DNA of 64,000 nt from positions 672,001-736,000 of the forward strand of contig OZ241875.1 of assembly GCA_965203325.1 (NCBI GenBank), written 5' to 3'. The translations under genes and the position numbers were made by a program. Position 1 is the first letter of the stretch. Each line of letters starts with the position of its first letter. This document shows positions 20,670 to 30,205 of the stretch, piece after piece. The notes beneath the pieces were generated by a model. The model was not told where the DNA came from and did no database searches. It saw nothing but the letters and a program-made list of their open reading frames with translations. Source of the stretch: a bacterium (GTDB lineage: Bacteria > UBA8248).

Positions 20670-21134
20670 CTACGATGCGCCGGTATTCTTCTTGCGGTTG
20701 GCGAATTCCTCGAAATATCCTCCGATAGAGGAAGCTCTCCAGTCAAAGCCAATCTCTTGGGCTTTTTGCAGCACTTCGTCTCCGCTCAAGCCTTCTTCTT
20801 CGGCCAAGTGAACAAGCGAGCAAATCCCGGCTCGCCCCACGCCTTTTCAGTGAACGTACACCGGACCGTCTCTCTTCGCCTCATGGAGCGCTTCATGGAT
20901 TCGTCCCGATAACGCATCATTCATGTTAGCGGCATTCACGGGAATATTCACAAAGTCCATTCCCAGTTCCCTCGCCGCCTCTCGTTCTGCATCGGGTGGC
21001 AACTCCGGTTCTTCCTCATCGGCGAAACGCAAATTGACCAGGGTTTTAATCCCCTTATTCGCCAGAGATTCCATATCCTTCCGGCCCGGCTGACTCCCGA
21101 ACACCAGATTTTCCGCCAACTCGAAGTAGTCCAT
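20670..21134 (-). CDS. DUF442/Blh-like (PTP-fold sulfurtransferase) protein, probable selenoprotein (in-frame TGA at 20847-20849)
   Basis: GSQP, GIKTLVNLR, GMDFVNIPV, then GPVYVH-U-KGVGRAG (Cx4R loop with U for C). The frame stays open for 58 more codons (...HLAEEEGLSGDEVLQKAQEIG...) to TAG at 20670, next to the terminator. Confidence 0.82.
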
Positions 21135-21157
21135 ACCCCTTTTCCTCGACGATAGTT

Positions 21158-22000
21158 TTAGACTCGTTGCACCAGTTCTCGACAGCGAAGCAGGCAGGTT
21201 GCCTTTTCTTCTTCTCCGTCACGTTTATAAACTCCAAGCAGATTGTTGATCATTCTCTCCACAATGCGGCGAGGGGGAGTTTCCTGTAAAAACCGCATGT
21301 CGAAATGATACCCGAAGCTCCGCACAATCGCCGCGCAATCCCCTACGCTTAAGCGTTTTCCCCTGTCGAAGGGATCCAAAAATATGGGTTGCTCATCACC
21401 TTGGTATTTCACGATAAAATGTCCCGGCATTCCGACTCCGCAAAAGGGAAGTCCCAACCGCCCGGCAAGAATCAAATACAAAGCGGAAAGTGAAATGGGG
21501 ATGCCACGCCTGCGCTCCAATACGCGATTCATGAAACTGTTCTGCGCATCATAATAATTGTCCCGCTCGCCATCGAAGCGAAGCTCCCCATGTAGATACT
21601 CCACGAATTCGTCGACAATGGCATCGGCTTTACCTATACCCTCCAATCGCCTCCGCAAATGATTTTCCATACCCAGCAGTTCGTCTTTTTTCGTCTCCAT
21701 GTTTTCGAGCGGATGGCCGAAAGACGCCAACAAGAAGCAAGCGTCTTCCAGATCCACACCATCCACCGAGGAAAGAGACCAGTCCGAAAAAGCAATCTCG
21801 ATTTGACTGTAATGAAATTCCCGAAGCGAAGGCGGCAGTATCACCTCGCTCGCCTCGCTCTTCTTCATCATGTCCAGAAGTCTTTTCTGCTCCTCAGTCG
21901 AAAATTCGGCAACCTGGCGGTCCAATGCCGCCGTCACACGCGCTGAACCATCATTCAATAAATGGCAGAACGCCTCTAATTGCGAGTCACTCAGCGACAA
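21158..22000 (-). CDS. SirB1 / transglutaminase-like family protein
   Basis: F.G...NYYDAQNSFMNRVLERRRGIPISLSALY, GVGMPGHF, FLDPFDRG. Confidence 0.85.
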   Translation of the reverse strand: MSLSDSQLEAFCHLLNDGSARVTAALDRQVAEFSTEEQKRLLDMMKKSEASEVILPPSLREFHYSQIEIAFSDWSLSSVDGVDLEDACFLLASFGHPLENMETKKDELLGMENHLRRRLEGIGKADAIVDEFVEYLHGELRFDGERDNYYDAQNSFMNRVLERRRGIPISLSALYLILAGRLGLPFCGVGMPGHFIVKYQGDEQPIFLDPFDRGKRLSVGDCAAIVRSFGYHFDMRFLQETPPRRIVERMINNLLGVYKRDGEEEKATCLLRCRELVQRV

Positions 22001-22104
22001 AATGCCACTCCCCGGTTAGTGAGCGTCTTCCTCTATCTCAGCCTTTGAAATATGGTATTATCATTCGAACTAATCCACAATTCGCGCTCGCCAGGAGGAA
22101 TTGC

Positions 22105-23730
22105 ATGTCTACGTATGCCGACGTTGTGGCGGAAGTCCTGCAAGACGCGGGCATCGAATTCATTTTCGGGGTTCCTGGCAGTTTGAGTTCCGTCGAACTC
22201 ATCGAAGCTGCGAGAAAACGGAACATTCGCTACATCCTATGCAGCAACGAGAGCAGCGCAGCCGTGAAGGCGGGAACGTACGGCATCATGACTGGACGAC
22301 CGGGAGTTGTGAGTACGGGTGTCGGCCCGGGGGCGGCTGCAGTCCTCCACGGCGTGGCGAACAACTATCTCGAGCGTGCCCCCTGTCTCATTTTGACCGA
22401 TCGCTTCTCCGACGAGCAGTTTCGCCGTCAAGGACGGCAAAAACTCGATCAGGATCGTTTATTTCTTCCAATTACGAAAGGTACGATTAAGCTCGCGAAA
22501 GACAACGCTGCAGTAGCCATCAGGCGGGCACTGGCTCTGGCCGCCGAAGGGAGGCCGGGTCCCGTACATGTGGACCTCCCCTACAACGTCATGCTGACAA
22601 ACGCCGAAGAAAGCGATTTTCCACCCAAGACAAACCCCAAAAAGTATGTTGGCCGCATCGGTTCCGCCCACCCGGGCATTACAGCAACTCTCAAAGCAAT
22701 CTCGGAGTCGAAAAACCCGATAGTCATAGCGGGACTCCAGGTAAACCGCTCGGGACGAGAGGCGGAAAAGGAGTTCATATCATTCGCCGAAAAAATCGGC
22801 GCACCCGTTCTCGCCGCACCATCAGCGAAGGGCGTCTTGCCGGAACACCATCCCCTTGCCATGGGCACCTTCCGAGGCGCTCCCTCAGAACGGGAATTGA
22901 TAGACAAGTCGGACTTGTTTCTTTTGGTGGGATTCGACACGGTGGAAGTGTTTGCACCCGGATACTGGGACTATCCCCAGAAAGTGATCAATCTCGATGA
23001 AGTGCCGCATCTCGATGATTTGATTCGGCCGGAAATTGAAGTCGTTGGCCACCTTGCCGACATCCTCAGGGAGTTGAGCGCTACCGTCTCCCCCAGCCAT
23101 GCCTGGAACACCGAAGAGATGGATTCCTATAAAAAAATGAGGCAATCCGAATTGTTCCCCACTGGAGAGGGCTTGATGCCCGGCGCCGTCATTCGAATCG
23201 CGCGGGAATGCCTCCCCGATAACGGCATCATGACCGCGGATGCGGGAAGCCATAAAGTCCTGGCCAATGATATTTGGGAGACGAGGCGCCCTCTGGGTTA
23301 TCTGACCTCCAGCGGGCTGGGTTCGATGGCGGTTGCCACACCCGCCGCTATGGCCGCCAAGTTAATCGAACCAGACACGCCGGTTGTCTGCCTCACCGGG
23401 GACGGGGGTTTTCTCATGCGGATTGGCGACATGGAAGTCGCCGTTCGAGAAAATATCCCCTTCGTCACCGTCGTATTTAACGACCGCTACCTGAACCTGA
23501 TCAAAATCAAACAAGACAACCGCTCTTTCCCACGCCTTGGCACCGAGTTCCGAGATTCCGACTATTCGTCGGTGGCGAAAGGGCTGGGTTGTGAGGGCGA
23601 GAGAGTTTCTACTGAAAAAGAATTGAAAGATGCGCTCGCTCGTGCATTTTCATCCGATAAACCCTGGGTCATCGACGCCGTTATCAATCCTGACGGCTAT
23701 GTGGCTTCAAAAGACGTTCGCGCAGAGTAA
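22105..23730 (+). CDS. Thiamine-pyrophosphate-dependent enzyme (acetolactate-synthase-like)
   Basis: GIEFIFGVPG, NESSA, GRPGPVHVDLP, GLGSMA, TGDGGF...VFND. Confidence 0.9.
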   Translation: MSTYADVVAEVLQDAGIEFIFGVPGSLSSVELIEAARKRNIRYILCSNESSAAVKAGTYGIMTGRPGVVSTGVGPGAAAVLHGVANNYLERAPCLILTDRFSDEQFRRQGRQKLDQDRLFLPITKGTIKLAKDNAAVAIRRALALAAEGRPGPVHVDLPYNVMLTNAEESDFPPKTNPKKYVGRIGSAHPGITATLKAISESKNPIVIAGLQVNRSGREAEKEFISFAEKIGAPVLAAPSAKGVLPEHHPLAMGTFRGAPSERELIDKSDLFLLVGFDTVEVFAPGYWDYPQKVINLDEVPHLDDLIRPEIEVVGHLADILRELSATVSPSHAWNTEEMDSYKKMRQSELFPTGEGLMPGAVIRIARECLPDNGIMTADAGSHKVLANDIWETRRPLGYLTSSGLGSMAVATPAAMAAKLIEPDTPVVCLTGDGGFLMRIGDMEVAVRENIPFVTVVFNDRYLNLIKIKQDNRSFPRLGTEFRDSDYSSVAKGLGCEGERVSTEKELKDALARAFSSDKPWVIDAVINPDGYVASKDVRAE

Positions 23731-23893
23731 TGGAAATTTTTTGCTTGACACAATCTTCTCAACAACGCATGTTATACTGTATCTCGTTCGCTTTGATGGG
23801 GGGAATTCGCATTCCCTTTTGAATCAGAGTCCAGGCTGGGGCTGGGCATGATATCCTCGACCTCATGAGGGGTCTCGCGCGGGAGGATTGTAA

Positions 23894-24100
23894 GTGCCAG
23901 AAGGAACAGTGAAGTGGTTTAGCGACAAAAAGGGGTATGGCTTCATTTCTCGGGAAGATGGCGACGACATCTTCGTTCACTTTTCCGCCATCGTTGCGGA
24001 TGGATTCAAATCACTGAAAGAAGGTGAAAAGGTCACATTCGAGATCACCCAAGGTCCCAAAGGACTTCAGGCGGCGAATGTAACCAAACAAGAAGAATAA
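23894..24100 (+). CDS. Cold-shock protein (CspA family)
   Basis: [15 protein letters not shown]...DIFVHFSAI...GFKSL...[10 protein letters not shown]; extended -10 TGtTATACT at 23770-23778. Confidence 0.97.
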   Translation: MPEGTVKWFSDKKGYGFISREDGDDIFVHFSAIVADGFKSLKEGEKVTFEITQGPKGLQAANVTKQEE

Positions 24101-24136
24101 CTTTCCTCCCTATCATCGTATCTCATCGGGTAAAAG

Positions 24137-25492
24137 CTACACGCTGGCCTCGGTATACCCTAAAACCGCCTGTGCTGCATTTTCCCCGCTTCTCACCGCA
24201 CCCTCTACGGTGGCCGGCAATCCCGTGCGAGTCCAGTCTCCAGCCAGAAAAAAACCCTCTATCGGCGTTTTCGTATCTACCCGGTATCTTTGCTCCGCTA
24301 CCCCGTTCGCCCAGGTAGCGGCGCGCTCCCGCACCACCAAAATATCTCGAATATGGTTCCGGGGAATCATTCGATTCAGGCAATCTCTCGCAGAAGACTC
24401 GATAGTCGCTCGCTCAGCAGATGCGACGGAATCTTCCGCTCCTGCCAACAGACACACCAGATTCCTCACGCCTTTTCCACTGAATTCCGGGCGAAACAGC
24501 CAGTCCCATTCCTCATCTACAATCGCTTCGAAAGGAGGTCCCTCATCCGGTTCCTCAAGCCAGCAATAGGCGCTAGCAATAGGCCCCGGGCGTAGTTTTC
24601 CCAGATTCGAGAAGGGCACCCGTTCACTGAGTTTCCCGCCCAGCAGTCTGCCAAGGGCGTCGGGCGGCACGGCGGAAATAACGGCAGCCGCATGCAAGGT
24701 CTCGCTCTCTTTCAGAATCACGCCTCTCATTATTGAATTCTTGACGTCAAACCCGACGGCGGGCTGCTGAAGCCTCAACTCTCCGCCGTGGTGCCGGATG
24801 TGTTGAGCCGCGCTGTTGGCCCAAAGCGTACCCAAAGCCTTCATCGGCACCCCCAGCGCAGCTCCCTTGGGCCCATCGGCGAAAGCCTCGCGAATTACCG
24901 TCCTAAAGAGCGCCGCACTCCCCTGTTCCAAAGGCAAGTTCAATACAGCGCGCGCAAACGGCTCCCAAAACCAACGCACCGCCTCATCCTTCTGGCCAAG
25001 GCCATCAAGCATGTCACTCATGGATTCACCTGGGTTCTCACCGCCCGATTTGGAAACAATCTTCGAAAGGCCTTTCAGAAGATTCACTTTCTCCCCAAGA
25101 CGAGGGCCACGCCATTTGAGCAAGCCCCAGAGTTGCGCCAAAACTCCTCCACCTTCCGGAAATGACAATTGCGTCCGCCTAGCCGAATCCGCTTCCCGAA
25201 TCCGGTAGCTCACCTCCAGGGAGGGTGAGAACAAAACATCATCAGTGGCGCCAACTCTTTCCAAAAACGATCGCAACGCCGGATTGGCCGCCATGAACAA
25301 ATGCGGGCCCCAGTCCAGTTCCAAACCCGTGGATGAGTGAATGAAACTGCGCGCCCGGCCGCCGAGCAACTTCCCCGCCTCGAGCACGATTACTTTGATG
25401 CCCGACTCGGCAAGGCGTAAGGCAGCGGACAGCCCGGCGGCGCCGCCGCCGACGATGACAACCGGTCGCTCGAATCCGACAGGTTCAGGCAT
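24137..25492 (-). CDS. hpnE: Hydroxysqualene dehydroxylase (FAD-dependent)
   Basis: GGGAAGLSAA, GGRARSF, ERAAT, LAGDWTRTGLPATVEGAVRSG; directly downstream of the HpnC/D gene. Confidence 0.9.
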   Translation of the reverse strand: MPEPVGFERPVVIVGGGAAGLSAALRLAESGIKVIVLEAGKLLGGRARSFIHSSTGLELDWGPHLFMAANPALRSFLERVGATDDVLFSPSLEVSYRIREADSARRTQLSFPEGGGVLAQLWGLLKWRGPRLGEKVNLLKGLSKIVSKSGGENPGESMSDMLDGLGQKDEAVRWFWEPFARAVLNLPLEQGSAALFRTVIREAFADGPKGAALGVPMKALGTLWANSAAQHIRHHGGELRLQQPAVGFDVKNSIMRGVILKESETLHAAAVISAVPPDALGRLLGGKLSERVPFSNLGKLRPGPIASAYCWLEEPDEGPPFEAIVDEEWDWLFRPEFSGKGVRNLVCLLAGAEDSVASAERATIESSARDCLNRMIPRNHIRDILVVRERAATWANGVAEQRYRVDTKTPIEGFFLAGDWTRTGLPATVEGAVRSGENAAQAVLGYTEASV

Positions 25493-27652
25493 TTATGCTT
25501 CCAGAAAACAGCGAAGCGCTTCCAGTAGTTTTTCCCTGGACTTCAAAGAGGGGCGATAATCCATATGTCGAAAATGATTCTCCTCCATCTCGCTCAGGAG
25601 TCTCCGATAAATTCGGCCCATGATTCTGGCGGGAAGAAGGTTGCCTGTCTTCTCGCAACTCAAAGCTTCGTTCGCCCCCTCATAGTATTCACGTGCCCGA
25701 TGCGCCAGGAACCGAAGAAGGCTTAAAACCTCGGAAGTATCGTTTTTGTCTCTCAAATCGGATACCGTTACTCTATACTTCTCCATTTCGCTTCGCGGAA
25801 TATAAATGCGTCCCTGTTCCGCATCTTCCCATACGTCTCTCAAAATGTTCGTCATCTGTAGCGCTCTGCCCAAACAAACGGCGTAGTCTTTCGCAAAAAC
25901 TGATTTCGCCTCAAAGATGCCCAGACACGCCAGCCCTACTGCGGAAGCCACCTTGTCACAATAATTTTCAAGGTCCGATAAATTTTCAAATCGGCTCTCT
26001 TCCAAATCCATCGCCACGCCGTCACAAATCGCCTGGAAATGCTCCGGCGGCAAGTCGTATTTTCGCGACGCCCATGCGAGTTCCCCGATTATCGGGTGGG
26101 CTGGACTCTCCCCGCCCAACTGATCCAATGCCTCTTTCCACTCGCGCAACGAGATTGTTTTGCCAGATATTTCGCCTGGCTCATCGGCGATGTCGTCGGC
26201 CATGCGACAATACGCATAAACCGCCGTGATGGCGCGCCTTTTCTCCGCAGGAAGGCTGAAAAAAGACAGATAAAAATTCGACCGGCTCGCACGAATGAAC
26301 CAGCGGCAGTATGCACGGTTCAACTCTTCTTCGGCATGCAGATCCACACTGGATTCGAGTCGATAGACCGGGCGAAACGCCGCGAGCAACGATTGGGCCT
26401 TGTCCCGGCCATTCAAAAGCGGTGAACCCGCGCAGACGTTCCATTCCACACGGGAAATTGCGTCAAGCGCCGCAACGCCGCCGCGCCAAATCGCACGAAG
26501 TTCACGGCCCAATGCGCCGCGGGTTCGGTACAAAAGGGGCAAACCCTGCCTGAAGAGTCTTTTTGTTCTCTTTATCTGGAAAACCAGGAACGCGCGCAAT
26601 TGAGGCGTCGCCACATCTGCAAGCAAATCATCCTCGGAGACGGAGAATCCTTTCATCTCATCCTGAGGCATATAGACGATGCCGCGTTCGGCGTCTTCTT
26701 TCACATCTTGTAAGTGATTCGCAATCTGCAAGGCCGTGCAAATGGCGTCCGAGGCGCGAAATGCCTCTTCATCGCGTATCCCGTGCAGCATAAGAACGAT
26801 TCGCCCGACGGGATCCGCCGAGCGGCGGCAATAATCGAGCAAGGCTTCATAGTTCGGATACCGGAGGACTGTGACGTCTTGTTTGAATGCCGAGAGCAAA
26901 TCCAGAAATGGCTGTAAGGGCAAATCGAATTGTTGAAGCGTATGGGAAAGCGCTATGAACACGTCCGTATCTGCGATTCCCTTCTGGGCCGACACGAGTT
27001 TTTCTTCCCATTCATCGAGACGGTCGAGCCGCTCTTGTGTAGGTCTTGTCGTATCCGCGATATCATCGGCGCCCCTCGCGAATGCGTATACCGCGGCGAC
27101 GTGCGGCCTTATCTTCGCCGGCAACAACTTCGAGGCGACGGGAAAATTTTCGTAGTGGCCGACGACGATTCTCATGCAGGTATCATAAGCGGCGCTTAAG
27201 CCAGCCTCTGAGACGGATTTTGCCTCTTCACGCGAATCCCCTATTTCCTCGCCATTCATGAGAGATTCTATCAATCGCGCATCCGCAGGCAGGAAATCAA
27301 AATCCCCGAGCGAAGAAGGATGGACCCACTCGTGCTCCGCCACCCCCAAATTCTGAGTCACTCCGCTTTTCCACTCACAATCATAAAAGCGTAGGTGGAC
27401 GTCTCTGTCGGGATAGCTGTGACGGGTTTCCCAATGAAGAGAGCCAACGCGCACTTCGACCCCTAGTTCCTCGCATATCTCCCTTTGCAAGGCTTCCCGG
27501 GGGCTCTCACCATCCTTTATTTTACCGCCGGGAAATTCCCAATAACCCGGCATGTGTCCACCCTCAGGGCGCTGACAAATGAGAATGCGCCCTTCATGCC
27601 GGACAATCCCGGCGACGACGTTCAACTCCAAAGCGGCGGTTTCGCTCTTCAT
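25493..27652 (-). CDS. Fusion: NUDIX (MutT-like) + HpnC + HpnD squalene-synthase domains
   Basis: Intact Nudix box GKIKDGESPREALQREICEELGV. HpnC motifs HYENFPVAS / ARGADDIAD / NHLQDV; HpnD motifs SNFYLSF / CRMADDIAD / TNILRDV. One 719-aa frame. Confidence 0.9.
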   Translation of the reverse strand: MKSETAALELNVVAGIVRHEGRILICQRPEGGHMPGYWEFPGGKIKDGESPREALQREICEELGVEVRVGSLHWETRHSYPDRDVHLRFYDCEWKSGVTQNLGVAEHEWVHPSSLGDFDFLPADARLIESLMNGEEIGDSREEAKSVSEAGLSAAYDTCMRIVVGHYENFPVASKLLPAKIRPHVAAVYAFARGADDIADTTRPTQERLDRLDEWEEKLVSAQKGIADTDVFIALSHTLQQFDLPLQPFLDLLSAFKQDVTVLRYPNYEALLDYCRRSADPVGRIVLMLHGIRDEEAFRASDAICTALQIANHLQDVKEDAERGIVYMPQDEMKGFSVSEDDLLADVATPQLRAFLVFQIKRTKRLFRQGLPLLYRTRGALGRELRAIWRGGVAALDAISRVEWNVCAGSPLLNGRDKAQSLLAAFRPVYRLESSVDLHAEEELNRAYCRWFIRASRSNFYLSFFSLPAEKRRAITAVYAYCRMADDIADEPGEISGKTISLREWKEALDQLGGESPAHPIIGELAWASRKYDLPPEHFQAICDGVAMDLEESRFENLSDLENYCDKVASAVGLACLGIFEAKSVFAKDYAVCLGRALQMTNILRDVWEDAEQGRIYIPRSEMEKYRVTVSDLRDKNDTSEVLSLLRFLAHRAREYYEGANEALSCEKTGNLLPARIMGRIYRRLLSEMEENHFRHMDYRPSLKSREKLLEALRCFLEA

Positions 27653-27667
27653 TCAAGCTCCAAGAGT

Positions 27668-28465
27668 TCAATCCTGAGGAGGGTCGGTTGCCGCATACTC
27701 CGGCAAGCGCCTGAGAACACTTGAAAACACGATGGGTTCCGCCAGGGGCAACGCCTCGGCCAGTTCTTTTTCATCCGCAAAATACTCACCCGGCAGGACC
27801 AATCCCGGCATCCGCAGCTTGATCGAATCCCCAGAAAACGGCCAAGGGGATATTTCCAGATCGTCCACGTTGGCCGTTTTCACTTTCAAGCCGCTTTGCT
27901 TCAAGGGGTGGACAGCGTCATCGGGTGGGGTGATTTCCGGCGCCCGGCACGCCAACAGGGATAACGTATCGCAAACCCTGAGCAAAGACACGGAATTTTC
28001 GATTGCTCCTTTGTGTACCGGCTCAATCAGGGCGTCCAACATCTTCTGCCGTTTCGATTCAGCGTGGATAAACCCGTTCAGGACTTTGGAAACTTCGCCG
28101 GGCGCACCCCTTCTGCCTCCCTCGGCGAGCGAAGAGAAGTGAATGCTGACCAGACAACCCGAAAGCGGATGAAAAGACGCGCAGGCATCAATGCCCTCCG
28201 ACCATATTTCCACCGCCTTGTCCGCCGTTATGCCGAAAAAACTGTAAGGCAGTTTCGTCATTTCATCCCATCTCGGCGTGGCATCCGGGCGGCACCATCC
28301 AACGTCATGGTTGTCGATGGCGAACAAAACTTTCTCTCTGAGTTCATCCGGCGGGGAGGGAAGCGATTCAATACCTACCCAATTTCGCGCAATCGTGCCT
28401 GCGGCCCGGGCATGGTCATGCTGACAGATGAGGCGAACATGGCTATCTCGCGGACAAACTATCAT
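27668..28465 (-). CDS. DUF3891-family protein
   Basis: LICQHDHA..AG.IA..W, AIDNHDVGW...D..P.W, LVSIHF, CDTLSL. Confidence 0.75.
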   Translation of the reverse strand: MIVCPRDSHVRLICQHDHARAAGTIARNWVGIESLPSPPDELREKVLFAIDNHDVGWCRPDATPRWDEMTKLPYSFFGITADKAVEIWSEGIDACASFHPLSGCLVSIHFSSLAEGGRRGAPGEVSKVLNGFIHAESKRQKMLDALIEPVHKGAIENSVSLLRVCDTLSLLACRAPEITPPDDAVHPLKQSGLKVKTANVDDLEISPWPFSGDSIKLRMPGLVLPGEYFADEKELAEALPLAEPIVFSSVLRRLPEYAATDPPQD

Positions 28466-28554
28466 TTGAAACACCAAAAAACGGCGGAGAATCCATTCTC
28501 AATCCGTTGAATCTCCAAATCCATGACCCAAAAGTATTTTATTTCGCCTGTAGA

Positions 28555-28640
28555 AAATGTAACAACCACCATGGCGGCAAACAAGAAAAAACAAGCAAAT
28601 GTAACAACCACTTGAACAAGCGTGCCAAAACACATAATTT
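28555..28640 (+). promoter_or_regulatory. 15-bp direct repeat and sigma70-like promoter upstream of metX
   Basis: aaatgtaacaaccac at 28555-28569 and 28597-28611; TTGAAC(28612)-17 nt-TAATTT. Confidence 0.55.
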
Positions 28641-28694
28641 TGCTACAAATCAGTATATATTCTTGTCCTGGAAATAAGGAAATCGCGCTAAATC

Positions 28695-30131
28695 ATGAAT
28701 CGAAAAAATTCCCCGCAGGATCCCGGTTCAGTCGGTCTGACGAAAACACGTATCATCACCCTTCCCGATCCGTTCCGGACCGATTCCGGCGAAACATTGC
28801 CTGAAGTCCAAATTGCCTATGAAACATATGGCGAACTCTCGCCCGACGCCGACAACGCCGTTTTGGTCATCCACGCTCTAACGGGCGACGCACACGCAGC
28901 CGGCTTCCACAGCCCGGACGACCCGCGTCCGGGCTGGTGGGACCCGATGATCGGCCCCGGCAAAGCAATCGATACCCGAAAATACTTCGTCGTCTCCTCG
29001 AACAACCTGGGGGGATGCTCAGGCACCACGGGGCCCGCTTCGATCAATCCCGCGACGGGCAGAGCTTACAACACCGGTTTTCCCGTCACCACGGTGGAGG
29101 ACACGGTTCGCGTCCACAAGCTGCTTCTCGACCATCTGGGCGTGAAACGCCTCAAAACGGTCATCGGCGGCTCGCTCGCCGGGATGCAGACCCTGGAATG
29201 GGGCCTGCGCTACAGCGATTTTTGCGACTCCGTCATCCCAGTCGCGGGAGCCGCGCGCCTGGACCCGATGGGCATCGCATGGGACAAAATCGCCCGCAGG
29301 GCCATCACGGCGGACGGCGACTGGAAAGACGGCGACTACGCCGCCGGCGGAGGGCCACGCAAGGGTCTGAGCGCGGCGCGCATGCTGGCCCACATCACCT
29401 ACCTGAGCCGAGGAATCATGTGGGAGAAATTCGGCCGCGAGATCAGGGACAAGGACAAAATGCTGGAGGATATCGCCTCGCGGTTCGAGGTGGAGAGCTA
29501 TCTCGATCACCAGGGGGACAAATTCGTCGATCGTTTCGACGCGAACTCGTATCTATATATCTCCCGCATGATGGACCTGTACGACGCCTCCCTGGGCTTC
29601 GAGAGCCTCGAGGCGTCGCTGTCCCGGCTGAAAACGAAATGCCTGCTCGTATGCTTCATATCCGATTGGCTCTTCCCGCCGGAGAGAAGCATGGAGATCG
29701 CCCAGATTCTCCAGAAACTCAGGCATGAAGTGGAGTTGCACACGGTGGAATCCACCTACGGGCACGATGCTTTTCTCGTGCAATACGACAAGCTCACCGA
29801 AATCGTCGGTGGCTTTCTCGAAAGGCTCGAAAGCGGCGGCCCGGTCGGCATCAACGCAACCCCCATACCCCGGGGCTGCAAGCGGCTGGTTCTCTCTGTG
29901 CCGGGTCATCTCGTGCAGAAACCTATCTTGTGGGAGATCGGCAGAAAATACTCGTTTACCATCAACATCATGAGGAGCGAGCTGGACGCCCAATCGGGGT
30001 GGCAGGTATGCGAATTCGCTGGAAACGAGGAGGAAATCGCACAGGCGATCGCTGAACTCCGGGAGATGGGGGTGTGGGTCGACCCCGGAGGGCATGACAC
30101 CATCGACCACGACCGCGCCGAAGTGGTATAA
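28695..30131 (+). CDS. metX: Homoserine O-acetyltransferase with C-terminal NIL-like domain
   Basis: YETYG, HALTGDAH, GGSLAG (nucleophile), RFDANSY, SDWLFPP, GHDAFL; extra ~80-aa tail resembling a NIL domain. Confidence 0.92.
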   Translation: MNRKNSPQDPGSVGLTKTRIITLPDPFRTDSGETLPEVQIAYETYGELSPDADNAVLVIHALTGDAHAAGFHSPDDPRPGWWDPMIGPGKAIDTRKYFVVSSNNLGGCSGTTGPASINPATGRAYNTGFPVTTVEDTVRVHKLLLDHLGVKRLKTVIGGSLAGMQTLEWGLRYSDFCDSVIPVAGAARLDPMGIAWDKIARRAITADGDWKDGDYAAGGGPRKGLSAARMLAHITYLSRGIMWEKFGREIRDKDKMLEDIASRFEVESYLDHQGDKFVDRFDANSYLYISRMMDLYDASLGFESLEASLSRLKTKCLLVCFISDWLFPPERSMEIAQILQKLRHEVELHTVESTYGHDAFLVQYDKLTEIVGGFLERLESGGPVGINATPIPRGCKRLVLSVPGHLVQKPILWEIGRKYSFTINIMRSELDAQSGWQVCEFAGNEEEIAQAIAELREMGVWVDPGGHDTIDHDRAEVV

Positions 30132-30205
30132 ACCAGAAAATTACTGCCATTCTGATATTCACCGGATATGACAGAACTCGACAAAAACCAGACGGAGGCA
30201 ACGCC

